This document shows, one piece after another, positions 1 through 9,631 of a stretch of DNA of 56,550 nucleotides (its first letter is position 1; every line of letters starts with the position of its first letter). The DNA is taken from positions 1 through 56,550 of the forward strand of contig JBBINO010000005.1 in NCBI GenBank assembly GCA_037443845.1, written 5' to 3'. Made by a program: the position numbers and the translations under genes. The notes beneath the pieces are model-generated. The model ran no database searches. It was given only the letters and a program-made list of their open reading frames with translations, and was not told where the DNA came from. The stretch is from Acidobacteriota bacterium (lineage in GTDB: Bacteria; Acidobacteriota; UBA4820; DSQY01).

Positions 1-2
1 CC

Positions 3-2984
3 TATCCGGCGACGATTTCGGGCGGGCCGACCAACTACACCGTTTCCAGCGTCACGACAGACCAATTGGGCGCCGCGGACGGCGACAACATCTGGGTTGG
101 CTTTACTGGCGATGACAGCCTTACATACACCTCTTCAAACTCGAAACTCGACTGCTCGCTGAACGTGTGCGCTTCCAGCGTTGACCCGCTCTCTGGCGGT
201 TGCGACGGCGATGCCTACATGGATGACGGAGAGACGCTGAACGTGAATGTAGCCATGACAAACAGCGAAGCTTTCGACCTTCCGACAGGCTTTACAGCCC
301 AGTTAGAGGTTGATCCTGCATATCCCAATGCCAACATAACTATCGTGAACAACACCGCTGCTTGGGATGTCATTCCAGCAGGCCAGACTGCTTATTCCGC
401 TGGCGCGCCTTTTCAGGTTCGCTACACAGCCCAAGGCGGGGGGCCCATACTCTGCCATTTCAAGGTCTATAACATTCAAGCGATTGACAGTTCCTGGACG
501 GGCAACGCCGCCTGCGCGGCTAACTCTTTCACCGAAAATGCCAACGCGAATGCCACGTTGGGCACGACCTACACGAGTAACACCTTCGATGCCAGCCTAG
601 GTTGGACGGCCACGCAGGTCTCAGGCACTGGAAATTGGGCGCGGGCGACGAGCATGACCAACCCGACGATGTCGCCCTACGCCGGGGCGGGCATGGCTTA
701 CTTTAACTCCTACAGCTTCGCATCGGGCACCCAGTCGCGGCTCGCGACGGGAAGCTTCAGCCTGGCGAGCGCGACACTGCCGAAAGTCAGCTTCTACATG
801 ACGCACGATTTAACCTATACCAACGACGATAATATTGCCGTTCAGGTATCTACAGACGGCGGCACCACGTGGACCACTCTCAACACCTTCCACCGCACCA
901 CGGGCGGGACGGCGGCGGGAGTTTGGCTTAATCACATGGTTGACTTGACCCCATACATCGGCCAAACAAATGTCAGCATAGGTTTCCTGGCGACGGGCGC
1001 CTACGGGGACAACATGGCGATTGACAGCGTGGTGGTCGCCAACTATACACTGGCGAACGACAACCAGGTCTGCACGACCGCGATGCCCAACATCACTTAC
1101 AACGATGGTGACTGGATGTTCGATGACAGCCACTGCAACAACTTGTCGGATTGGACGAAGTGGATACCTTCTCCAGATGCCGGGGAGTCGGGAAGCCTCA
1201 TCATCTACCTCGGCAACAGCGGAACGAACACCGCCTACAACGTGGTGGGGACGCTTACCTGCCCTTCATGCCCGTCCGGGGTGCAGATTTGCCAGAACAC
1301 CGCGAGTTACGGGAATATCCCTTATGGCACGAGTTACGTCTATGCCCCTGTTGATCACGGGTTCGAAATAGCCTTGCCGACGGGTCTCGCCTCGGGCGCC
1401 GATTTGCCTTTCGTGATGAACTTGACGGCCTCGAACAGCGGCTACACCCCGCCCACCGTCAGCACCGTCACCTCGCCGCACAATCCACAGAACACTAGGG
1501 GCGGAACAAGAACCATTCAGGGGAGCTGCACGTCTCCCTACTCGGGCGTAACCGGAACAACGACCGACGTGGCCTACGACAACTTCACTACGGCCCCAGC
1601 CACGGCAGGCTCCGGCGGGCGTTGTGGGTTTACCACCGCGTGGACGACGGCTGGCACAGTTGGCGCGAGCACCGCTGTCACGACGCCGACTGGCGACAAC
1701 TACAGCGCGCGAATAACGAACCGAACCTCGGGTGCTTACCTCTGGCGCAAGTTCGACACGACCGGCGTGGACGCCGATGTTCGGGTCCATGCTTTTCTTG
1801 ACCTTGCGGCAGCCAGCACAAACACCTTCTACATTGACTACACGCCGGACGGAACCAACTTCTACAACATCGCGAGCGGAGCGGGAGCCGGCACGGCGGC
1901 ATGGGCCAATTTCAGCGGCTCGATCTACTGGTCCATTTACAGTGGCACCGGCACGGGGTTCGGCCCGGCCGCCGCGAACGCCATCTTCAACAACACGCAA
2001 TTTGGCATCCGCTTCCGCGGCGTGGGAAGCAGCGGCTATTTTTATGTTGACGACGTCGAAGTGGACATGTACAAGTTCGTCAACCAGGCGACATCATGCA
2101 CGGGCACTTGCGCCGTTCCGAACGCCCCAACGATCAACCTGATCACGGACAACAGCGCCTGCGTGCAAGATGGCATCCATGTTTATTACACCGGTTCCCT
2201 GGGCGCGGCAAGCTACAACCTGACGAAGGACGGGACCTCCGTGGTCACCGGCTACGCCTCCGGCGCCCTCTACAATCCGGGCGATTCCAACAGCCACAGT
2301 TACACGGTGAGAGCCATAAACACTTACGGCTATTCCGATTCGCCCGCGCAGAGCTTCACTGACGCCGCGGGGACGGCCACGCCGACGATCACCGGGGGGA
2401 GCGGCCCCGGCAACACCCTCCTGACCACCGAAGCCGGCTTCGCCAGCTACCAGTGGTACAAAGATGGGTCAGCCATTTCGGGCGCCAACGCCAATACTTA
2501 CACCGCCAGCGCCCCGGCCGACTGCGGCAGCCATAACTATACGGTCGCCTATTCGAGCGGCGCCTGCTCCAATCTGTCGGCGGCGCACAACGTCAATATC
2601 ACGACGGGGTGCGGCACCGTTCCCCTGCCCGTCCCCTACAGCGTGACGCCGACGAAGATCACAAAGGCCACGAGCAGCAACTTGACGTGGGATGTGGCGC
2701 ACTGCGCCTCGACCAACTACCACGTCATTTACGGCTGGGGCAGCACGATGGGCAGCTCGCCGGTGGTGGTTGGCGGGCAGTGCGCGCTTGGAACCACGGG
2801 CACCGCGACGTGGACGCCGCCCGATCCGTCATCGGACTCATCGCATTACCTCTGGTTCTTCGTCGTCGGCGACGACGGCGCGACCACGGAGGGCCCGTGG
2901 GGCTTGACGACGGAGGGCACAACGCCGAGCGGCGTCTGCGGCATGACCACCAAGAACAACACGGGAACGTGCGGCACGCCGTAA
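3..2984 (+). CDS. Large extracellular Cys/Thr/Gly-rich multidomain protein, 5'-truncated: repeated beta-sandwich plus MAM/cleaved-adhesin-like jelly-roll modules, FN3/Ig-like domains and a conserved 120-aa C-terminal module
   Basis: The frame is open from base 3 (YPATISGGPTNY...), so the start lies outside the window. Jelly-roll-type motifs VSTDGGTTW and DNMAIDSV / FYVDDVEV; Ig-like YQWYKDG. The C-terminus PLPVPYSVTP...GTCGTP is shared with 9632..15076. Confidence 0.8.
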   Translation, partial: YPATISGGPTNYTVSSVTTDQLGAADGDNIWVGFTGDDSLTYTSSNSKLDCSLNVCASSVDPLSGGCDGDAYMDDGETLNVNVAMTNSEAFDLPTGFTAQLEVDPAYPNANITIVNNTAAWDVIPAGQTAYSAGAPFQVRYTAQGGGPILCHFKVYNIQAIDSSWTGNAACAANSFTENANANATLGTTYTSNTFDASLGWTATQVSGTGNWARATSMTNPTMSPYAGAGMAYFNSYSFASGTQSRLATGSFSLASATLPKVSFYMTHDLTYTNDDNIAVQVSTDGGTTWTTLNTFHRTTGGTAAGVWLNHMVDLTPYIGQTNVSIGFLATGAYGDNMAIDSVVVANYTLANDNQVCTTAMPNITYNDGDWMFDDSHCNNLSDWTKWIPSPDAGESGSLIIYLGNSGTNTAYNVVGTLTCPSCPSGVQICQNTASYGNIPYGTSYVYAPVDHGFEIALPTGLASGADLPFVMNLTASNSGYTPPTVSTVTSPHNPQNTRGGTRTIQGSCTSPYSGVTGTTTDVAYDNFTTAPATAGSGGRCGFTTAWTTAGTVGASTAVTTPTGDNYSARITNRTSGAYLWRKFDTTGVDADVRVHAFLDLAAASTNTFYIDYTPDGTNFYNIASGAGAGTAAWANFSGSIYWSIYSGTGTGFGPAAANAIFNNTQFGIRFRGVGSSGYFYVDDVEVDMYKFVNQATSCTGTCAVPNAPTINLITDNSACVQDGIHVYYTGSLGAASYNLTKDGTSVVTGYASGALYNPGDSNSHSYTVRAINTYGYSDSPAQSFTDAAGTATPTITGGSGPGNTLLTTEAGFASYQWYKDGSAISGANANTYTASAPADCGSHNYTVAYSSGACSNLSAAHNVNITTGCGTVPLPVPYSVTPTKITKATSSNLTWDVAHCASTNYHVIYGWGSTMGSSPVVVGGQCALGTTGTATWTPPDPSSDSSHYLWFFVVGDDGATTEGPWGLTTEGTTPSGVCGMTTKNNTGTCGTP

Positions 2985-3035
2985 CTTTCATAGGCTTTGC
3001 AATCAAACGGGCGGGGAGCCTTCCCCGCCCGTTTT
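2622..3035 (+). repeat. Copy 1 of a direct repeat: C-terminal module coding sequence plus terminator
   Basis: 2622..2984 aligns without gaps to 14714..15076 (24 mismatches in 363 nt by manual count). The terminator stem cgggcgggga...tccccgcccg recurs at the same 12,092-bp offset. Confidence 0.95.
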
Positions 3036-3039
3036 CTTT
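3005..3039 (+). terminator. Rho-independent terminator
   Basis: aaacgggcgggga-gcct-tccccgcccgtttt followed by ctttc, about 20 nt after the stop codon. Confidence 0.85.
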
Positions 3040-3139
3040 CTGTATGAAAGGCGCGCTGCGCGGCGCCACGGGGGTGCCTCTTTGTCTCTTCCCCTCTCGC
3101 GTGGTTAAATAACGGTGCCCGGAGAGGGCCGTGAGGTGA

Positions 3140-4990
3140 GTGATGAGAAGGTGCCGCATGACCGGCGGGGTTTCTTCAGTGCTTCTTCTCCTATTGTTAA
3201 GCATGGGAGCCTGCGGAAATCGAGATGCGAAGCAAACTAAGGAAGCGCCGAAAAGGCGTAGCGAAACCAGCGTGTATCCTGCATTTCGCCCGAGCGGGGC
3301 GCCCTCTCTTCTCCTGGTCACGATTGACACGTGGCGCTGGGACTACGTTGGCGCCTCGGGCAGCGGCAAGGTCGCGACGCCGGCGCTTGACCGGCTGGCC
3401 CGCGAAGGGGCTTACGAGCCGGAGTGCGAGACGCCCTGCCCGCTGACGACGCCGGCCCACGCCACGATCATGACGGGCCTCTGGCCGATACATCATAGGG
3501 TCCTGGATTGTATCAGCTACACCCTTCCCCAAAGCCTACATACGCTGGCGGAGGCTTTTCAGGCGGACGGCTACGCGACAGCGGCTTTCGTCTCGAGCCT
3601 GAGCCTTGACCGCAGGTTTAAGTTGGACCGGGGATTTTCGGCCTATGATGAAGGCGCCATGGCATTTGGAGGGGGGGAGAGTTCGCGCGATGGGAATAGC
3701 ACTACTGAATCGGCGATGGCGTTTATAAGCGGGCGGAAGCCGGATGAACCACTTTTTCTGTGGGCTCACTACTACGACCTCCATCTTCCCTATCGGCCGA
3801 GGCCCGATTTCGACCCCCGCTATCCGGGAAACCCCTATGCCGCCGAGACCGCCTTCGTGGACGGCCAGATCGCCCGCCTTGTTTCTTATTTGGCAAACGA
3901 CAAGGGGCGGAACTGGAGGATCATCGTCGTCGGCGACCACGGCGAGGGGCTCGGTGACCACCACGAGATGGGCCACGGCATGGCGCTCTATCGCTCGACG
4001 CTTCACGTGCCCTTAATACTCTGGCCCAAGCCCGAAAGGCCGCTGGCGCACCCAAGGCCGTGGCGGCTGGAGGACATCGACCCGACCGTGCGCGACTGGT
4101 TCGGACTTTCGGCGGCGGGCCCTATGGACGGCGAAGACCTTTTTTCGAGTGGCCGAGCGGACCGCCCGCTTCCCTCTTTCACGATTCAGCCCTCCGTTCA
4201 ATTCGCGGTGAACCCCTGCCTCGGCTTGCGCGAGGGCAGATGGATGTACATGCGGCACGGCGTGGAAGAGCTCTATGACCTGAGCGCCGACCCCGGTGAA
4301 ACAGAGGATCTGAGCGACAACCCGAAAGAGAAGGACCCACTTGCCGGGATGCGCTCGAGGTGCAGCGCCATGCTTGCGCTCTCCGCGATCCAGCGGGCCG
4401 CCGAGAATCCATCCAGCCCCTCGCCGAAGGAACTGCAGGGCTTGCAGGGCCTCGGCTACATAGGAATACCGGTCTCGAATATGGCGGCGCTCCAGCGCGC
4501 CGACATCAGAATCGTCTGTGACCACGAAGCCGCCATCGAGCGGGCCAAAAGGGAGTACGCGCGAACCCATTCACCCCAACCCATGCGCGACGCCTACGAA
4601 GCACTGCTCCGAAAATATCCCAGAGCCGTGGGATACATGAAGGATTACGGAGAGCTCCTGATCAATCTGAGGGACATCGGCCGTGCGCTAGAGGTCTACA
4701 GCCGTACGGTCCAGCTCAATCCGGACGACCTGGAGAGCTTGGCGAATCTGGGAGGGCTCTATCTGGCGAAGGGACGGCCGGAGAAGGCAAAGGAAGTCTT
4801 CGAACTCGTCCTCTCTAAGAACGACGCTGATCCCGTGGCCCACAAGAACCTCGGGATCATCTACGCCAACTTTCTGAACGACCCGGCAAAGGCGGTGGCT
4901 CACTACAAGCGCTACCTGGAGCTGGGGCCGGACTCAGACGCCAATATGGTGCGGCAGTACATCAGCCGCGTGGAGAACGGCGGGCATTAG
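3140..4990 (+). CDS. Sulfatase-like (alkaline phosphatase superfamily) lipoprotein with C-terminal TPRs
   Basis: Motifs LVTIDTWRWD, PLTTPAHATIMTG, HYYDLHLPY, VVGDHGEGLGDH and ELYDLSADPGE; TPR-like helices (SLANLGGLYL, AHKNLGIIY); lipobox-like LLSMGAC. The true start is possibly ATG 3158. Confidence 0.85.
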   Translation: MMRRCRMTGGVSSVLLLLLLSMGACGNRDAKQTKEAPKRRSETSVYPAFRPSGAPSLLLVTIDTWRWDYVGASGSGKVATPALDRLAREGAYEPECETPCPLTTPAHATIMTGLWPIHHRVLDCISYTLPQSLHTLAEAFQADGYATAAFVSSLSLDRRFKLDRGFSAYDEGAMAFGGGESSRDGNSTTESAMAFISGRKPDEPLFLWAHYYDLHLPYRPRPDFDPRYPGNPYAAETAFVDGQIARLVSYLANDKGRNWRIIVVGDHGEGLGDHHEMGHGMALYRSTLHVPLILWPKPERPLAHPRPWRLEDIDPTVRDWFGLSAAGPMDGEDLFSSGRADRPLPSFTIQPSVQFAVNPCLGLREGRWMYMRHGVEELYDLSADPGETEDLSDNPKEKDPLAGMRSRCSAMLALSAIQRAAENPSSPSPKELQGLQGLGYIGIPVSNMAALQRADIRIVCDHEAAIERAKREYARTHSPQPMRDAYEALLRKYPRAVGYMKDYGELLINLRDIGRALEVYSRTVQLNPDDLESLANLGGLYLAKGRPEKAKEVFELVLSKNDADPVAHKNLGIIYANFLNDPAKAVAHYKRYLELGPDSDANMVRQYISRVENGGH

Positions 4991-5034
4991 GCTCGCTCGC
5001 CAGGACCGCGCCACGACGTTCACGCGCGGCGCCG

Positions 5035-6681
5035 ATGCTTCCGCAAGAGGGAAGAGTGGGCAAAAAAACGCCAAGAGAGAAGAAGAGGGGCGCCGGGGCC
5101 GAGAAGAGCCGCAACGGCGCAAAGGATGGTGCTTCCCTCCTCGGGCGGGGCGCGCGGCGCTTCCGGTGGCTCTTTCTGGCCGTGGTGGCGTTCGCGATCG
5201 CCGTGGCACTCACCCATCTGCTTTTCGGCATCATCGTGAACGACGAAGGCGTCACCACGATGGGGGCGTGGCGAATCGTGCAGGGAGAGCTTCCCTACAG
5301 GGACTTCTTCTCCATCATCACCCCCTTCTCCTTCTACTACCTGGCCTTCTTTTTCAAGGCAGGCGGTATTTCGATCTTGACGGAACGGGTCGCTGGCGCT
5401 CTTCTGGGCGTACTGCTGGTGGTCCTGACGGCCAGGCTTTCCACGCGGTACATACCGAGCCCATTTTTCGCGGCCTTGCCCGTGGCCATCCTTTGCGCTT
5501 CGGGGGTGAGCCTCTGGCCTTTTCCAAGCCACCATTGGCTGGCCAGCGTGTTGGTGCTCGGCTCTCTGCTCTGCGCGGAGCGCGGTCTCGATTCCGGGGT
5601 GTCGGTATGGTCCGCGGCGGCGGGGGGGCTGGGTGCGCTGGCGTTTTGGAGCTTGCAGGACCAGGGAGCCTACCTGTGGCTGGGCGTGGCGGTTGTTCTG
5701 GTTCCGTTCCTAAAAAAGGATCGGCGCAAGCAGACCATTGCTGGTTGGTTCGCCGGCGGGGCAGCGGTTACGCTCCTCTTCCTCCCGCTTGTCTTCAAGG
5801 CCGGCTTTTCGGCGATATGGTATGACCTAGTTGTATACGGCATGACGGCCTACTGCGAAGCAAACACCGGCGGTTGGTACACGACGATCAAGGAGATGGT
5901 CTCGGTTTGGACTTCCGGCGGGTGGTCTCAGGCACCCTTCTACATGGGCAACGTCCTCGTCACATCGGTGGTGACCATTCTCATTCCGCACCTCTCCCTT
6001 CCCGTCATCGCGCTTGGCTTATGGAAGAAGTGGGGAGACAGAGCACGGCTGGCCCTTTTGGGTGCCGGCTGTCTCTCCTTCGTAGCCACCGCCTTTCACA
6101 GATGGGCCGGATTGAACTTCCAGTGGGCGCAAGCGGTGCCGGCCGTAACTGTGGCGTGGGGGCTCTGGGTATGGCACACGAAGGCCGCAAGGGGCCGAAG
6201 GTGGATTCCTGCCGCCATCACCGCGGTATTGCTGGCCTCCTTCACCTTTTATGGCGCCCAGAGGATGCTTGCAGTATTCGACGCGGCCCGCGTTCACAAG
6301 GTCTCTGCTTCCGCGGGGAGCCTCTACACCAACAACCCCTTTGAAGCACGCTTCGTTCAAGAGACGCTCGACCAGATCGAAAACCGCGTCGAGCCGAAAG
6401 AACCGTTTTTGACAACCGGCCTGCCCTTCTTGAACTTTTGGACGCTAAGGCCCAGCCCTGTTCCCTATGACTGGTTCATGCCGCCGGAGGCGACGACTCC
6501 GAGCCAGACGAAAGAGGTTATGAAGATTCTTGACGAGCAGAAGGTCCAATGGATCGTCACGACTCGGCAGTTCGAATCGTCCGCCCAGCCTTTTTCCGAG
6601 TACCTCAAATCACACTACACACGTACTTGGGAAAACCCCGCCTGCGGCCTCTGGCATCGCAACGAGGCCGAGCCTCAATGA
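5035..6681 (+). CDS. Polytopic membrane protein, GT-C (ArnT/PMT-like) glycosyltransferase-like
   Basis: About 10-12 hydrophobic segments. After TM1 the loop reads NDEG...GELPYRDFF...TP, typical of GT-C family members, and there is a soluble C-terminal domain. Confidence 0.65.
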   Translation: MLPQEGRVGKKTPREKKRGAGAEKSRNGAKDGASLLGRGARRFRWLFLAVVAFAIAVALTHLLFGIIVNDEGVTTMGAWRIVQGELPYRDFFSIITPFSFYYLAFFFKAGGISILTERVAGALLGVLLVVLTARLSTRYIPSPFFAALPVAILCASGVSLWPFPSHHWLASVLVLGSLLCAERGLDSGVSVWSAAAGGLGALAFWSLQDQGAYLWLGVAVVLVPFLKKDRRKQTIAGWFAGGAAVTLLFLPLVFKAGFSAIWYDLVVYGMTAYCEANTGGWYTTIKEMVSVWTSGGWSQAPFYMGNVLVTSVVTILIPHLSLPVIALGLWKKWGDRARLALLGAGCLSFVATAFHRWAGLNFQWAQAVPAVTVAWGLWVWHTKAARGRRWIPAAITAVLLASFTFYGAQRMLAVFDAARVHKVSASAGSLYTNNPFEARFVQETLDQIENRVEPKEPFLTTGLPFLNFWTLRPSPVPYDWFMPPEATTPSQTKEVMKILDEQKVQWIVTTRQFESSAQPFSEYLKSHYTRTWENPACGLWHRNEAEPQ

Positions 6682-6714
6682 AAGGCGGCTGGGAACAGGC
6701 GGCGAACTCCTCGC

Positions 6715-8358
6715 CTACTTTCCGCAATTTTCAGAGATCAACGCCCGATTTTTCTCGAATACTCCAAGGGCCTCTCTGAAAGCCGAACAGTCCCTCTCGA
6801 CTTGAGCCGCGACGCTGGTCCTGTCGGCGTAAATTTCGGCGAATTTTTTTCTCGTGGCCGGGTCCTTCAGAAAAGGATGCTCGCTCTGGTCCTGCGTCCA
6901 CTCGTCGAGCAATACCTTCACGTCCCGCTTGGATTTGGATTCGAGCGTCGCCCTGTACTGCGAGATCAGGCGGCATAGATCGGCCTTTATCTGCGGGGAA
7001 TCGGCCAGCGGGGACTGGAGCAGGTGGATCGCCCCTTCGGCCAGCTTGGAGGGAAATTCGCCGTCGCCCCTTCGGTCGCGTCCCAGAATATCCCTGTATC
7101 CGTAACCCACGCCCAGGTCCAGCAGGGGAGGGGCCGTCACCAGGCAGTTGTCCAGAACGTCCACGTTTCCCCTGTCGTACAGGTAGCCCGAAAAGAGCAG
7201 CAGGTTGAAAAAGGTTTCCAGCTGTTGGGGATTGAGCGGGTTGAAACGCTGGATGTCGGGCTTGAGCAAGACGCCCCCCCCGTAGAGGCTGGGGCCGTCC
7301 TCGGAGTCCAGGCGTGAGCCGTCGGGCAGGTAGACGCGCTCCCTGTGGCCGTATGGGGTGGCCGATACGGCCAGAGGATGAAACGGGGCGAGGTCGACCG
7401 GGAAGGGATAGCGCCTCAGGTCCTCCATCATGACGAAAAGCGGCGCTTTCCTCTGGGCGATTCGGGAGGAGTTGAGGAGGTCGTACAGGACTTCCAGGTT
7501 GGTTCTCGGCGAGCTGTCCCAGTCGTGGGAAATGACAAGGTCGGCCCCGTTGAAGTCGGACTGCTGGTAGTAGGCTGTGCTTCCGGGCGCTTCGTCCCTG
7601 GGCACGCTGACCAGCATGTGAATGCGGGCGCGCGTCTCTCTCACCCGGAAGGTGAAATCCGCGCTGAATCCGGGTGAGACGTGAAAGCGCCTCACGGCCG
7701 ACAAGTACCAGGAGATGAAGATTTCGGGATAAGAGCGCAGCGCCTTGGCATCCTTCGAGGAGAGCGCCTCCGCCCAGGACTCGTCGAACCCTGTGTGCTT
7801 CATGGGTGCCATGGCCACCGTGACGCCGGAGCACATGCCGCCCCGTTCCATGGTTCTCAGCAGGGCCTCGATGCGAACGGGGGCGCTCTGGTCGATTTCG
7901 GTGAAGGTGTAGGAGGCCTCCCTGAGACGGTTCGGGCCGTAGAGGAAGACCAGCGGGGCGAGGTGAGACCCTGACCCCGGATAAAGCACGTTGATAGTAT
8001 CCTTCTTCCAGTCGAGCGCGCTCCAAAGCGACCAGAAGGCCCTGTGGTTTCTGATATCGTTCAAATAGTAATAGAGGATTTCGAGCGTCTGGCGGGCGTG
8101 GGCCTCCCTTTTCTGAGAGGCCAGCGCGGCCTTTTCAATCGCGATGTACCGCCTCAGGTCGGAATCAAGCTTCGTGAATGGGCTGGGTGTGGGACCGGAA
8201 TCCCCAAGGCATACGATGGAAAGGGAAAAGAGAAAGAGAATGAAAGCCCTGCTGCTGCAACGAGGGCGCGTGGCTGGTGTCTTGCTCCAAAGAAGGCTTC
8301 GGCGCATCCGTTGGCTCCTTGGCGGCCATTGCCGCCTCATAATAAACGAGGAGGGCAA
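6715..8358 (-). CDS. Hypothetical exported protein with a possible Rossmann/SAM-methyltransferase-like core
   Basis: N-terminal hydrophobic stretch (AFILFLFSLSIVCLG), then NVLYPGSGSH...YTFTEID...ADLVISHD. The start codon is uncertain. Confidence 0.55.
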   Translation of the reverse strand: MPSSFIMRRQWPPRSQRMRRSLLWSKTPATRPRCSSRAFILFLFSLSIVCLGDSGPTPSPFTKLDSDLRRYIAIEKAALASQKREAHARQTLEILYYYLNDIRNHRAFWSLWSALDWKKDTINVLYPGSGSHLAPLVFLYGPNRLREASYTFTEIDQSAPVRIEALLRTMERGGMCSGVTVAMAPMKHTGFDESWAEALSSKDAKALRSYPEIFISWYLSAVRRFHVSPGFSADFTFRVRETRARIHMLVSVPRDEAPGSTAYYQQSDFNGADLVISHDWDSSPRTNLEVLYDLLNSSRIAQRKAPLFVMMEDLRRYPFPVDLAPFHPLAVSATPYGHRERVYLPDGSRLDSEDGPSLYGGGVLLKPDIQRFNPLNPQQLETFFNLLLFSGYLYDRGNVDVLDNCLVTAPPLLDLGVGYGYRDILGRDRRGDGEFPSKLAEGAIHLLQSPLADSPQIKADLCRLISQYRATLESKSKRDVKVLLDEWTQDQSEHPFLKDPATRKKFAEIYADRTSVAAQVERDCSAFREALGVFEKNRALISENCGK

Positions 8359-8435
8359 TTCCGGCGATTTGTAATGTTATCACAAGCGCTTGCTTTTTGA
8401 GGGAAACGGCCCTATCTTACTCTATCGGAGGCCGC

Positions 8436-8855
8436 ATGAGCCGAACGCTTTTCTTGCAAGCTCGGTCGCTTTGGAATCTCATGCTGTGCCTCGTCTTTTT
8501 GGGATGCGCCGCCTTCCCCCACAGCCTCGCTCAAAATGGCCCTCCAGAATCGGGCATCGCCGGCATTGTGCTGAAGGGCCCGATGTGCCCGGGCCCGGCC
8601 CGCTCGGACAGGCCGTGCCCTGACAAGCCGGTGAGCGGGACTTTCCAAGTATTGGGACAAGACGGGAACATGGCGGCGGCTTTTCAGTCCGATGCCCAAG
8701 GCCGCTTCAAGGTCTCTCTGGCGCCGGGGCACTACACCGTTTTGCCCGCAGGCTTGCCCGCGGGGCGCAATCCGCTTGGAGACTCGGCGAAGGTGACGGT
8801 TGTCAGCGGGGACTACGTGCAGGTCGTCCTGCATTGGGACACGGGGATGCGATGA
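8436..8855 (+). CDS. Small exported protein, carboxypeptidase-regulatory-like (prealbumin-fold) domain
   Basis: GGAGG precedes ATG 8436; signal peptide; SGIAGIVLKGPMCP...SDAQGRFKVSLAPGHYTV. Confidence 0.7.
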   Translation: MSRTLFLQARSLWNLMLCLVFLGCAAFPHSLAQNGPPESGIAGIVLKGPMCPGPARSDRPCPDKPVSGTFQVLGQDGNMAAAFQSDAQGRFKVSLAPGHYTVLPAGLPAGRNPLGDSAKVTVVSGDYVQVVLHWDTGMR

Positions 8856-9406
8856 AATCCCTTCGATTCGGGGAATCGTCAGAAGGTCCGGGGCCTGCTC
8901 CAGCTGGACGGAGCGTTTCCTGCCGTCAGCGCCAAGATGCCGCTTTCGAATGTCTGAGAATACCGCTTCTCCTCTTGGTTATCGCCTTCACATGTCTTTC
9001 GGCGTTTGGCCAAGAGGTCGTCGTCTTCAAGGATCACAGGTCGCTGGTCGTCTCCGCCCACCGCCAATCCGGCGCGTGGACCTACCTCAACCTGGATGGC
9101 GGCGAGATGGCCGTCATGACTTCCAGCATCTCGGAGGTTCGCAACGAAGGGCCCGCTGCGGCAGAGGCGGCGCAGGCCGCGAAGGCGGTGGTCACGGACG
9201 CGGCGCAAGCGCAGGAAGAGGTGATGGCCGACAAGCCGCAAGAGGCTGGCTATTCCTATGCTCCGAGGGAGCCTGCTAGCACGTCAGTGCAAGAGCCGGC
9301 GCGACCTCCTTTCAACCCGGCGGCATCTCCCTTCCGGCCGGTTGGCATGTCAAGGACAGCTCCTCTTGGAATGACGCCCATGGCACCAGGCGGCCAGAAA
9401 CGCTGA
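8852..9406 (+). CDS. Hypothetical exported protein with a low-complexity Ala/Pro tail
   Basis: ATGA overlap with the upstream stop; hydrophobic segment LLLLVIAFTCLSAFG; small beta domain (VVVFKDHRSLVV...). Confidence 0.55.
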   Translation: MKSLRFGESSEGPGPAPAGRSVSCRQRQDAAFECLRIPLLLLVIAFTCLSAFGQEVVVFKDHRSLVVSAHRQSGAWTYLNLDGGEMAVMTSSISEVRNEGPAAAEAAQAAKAVVTDAAQAQEEVMADKPQEAGYSYAPREPASTSVQEPARPPFNPAASPFRPVGMSRTAPLGMTPMAPGGQKR

Positions 9407-9511
9407 GTTTGTCGGGTTCGGCTCGCCGAGTCCCCGGCAATCGCGCCAGCTCGCCGAAGTTTGTTCTTGCGCCGAACGTGCCCTGCAGAGATTTGAGCAG
9501 GCGAGCCGCGC

Positions 9512-9540
9512 TTGCAAATCTCCGCTCTTGAAGGTATAAG
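9512..9540 (+). promoter_or_regulatory. Putative sigma70 promoter for the metallopeptidase gene
   Basis: TTGCAA-N17-TATAAG, about 90 nt upstream of the GGGAGG RBS and ATG 9632. Confidence 0.45.
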
Positions 9541-9631
9541 ATTGGGTGCGGTCGGCTTCTGGACCGTCGTCGGTCGCTGTTCTGCCAAAGTTGTGTCACG
9601 ATCTTGAGGACGAACAAACTGGGAGGTTGCC

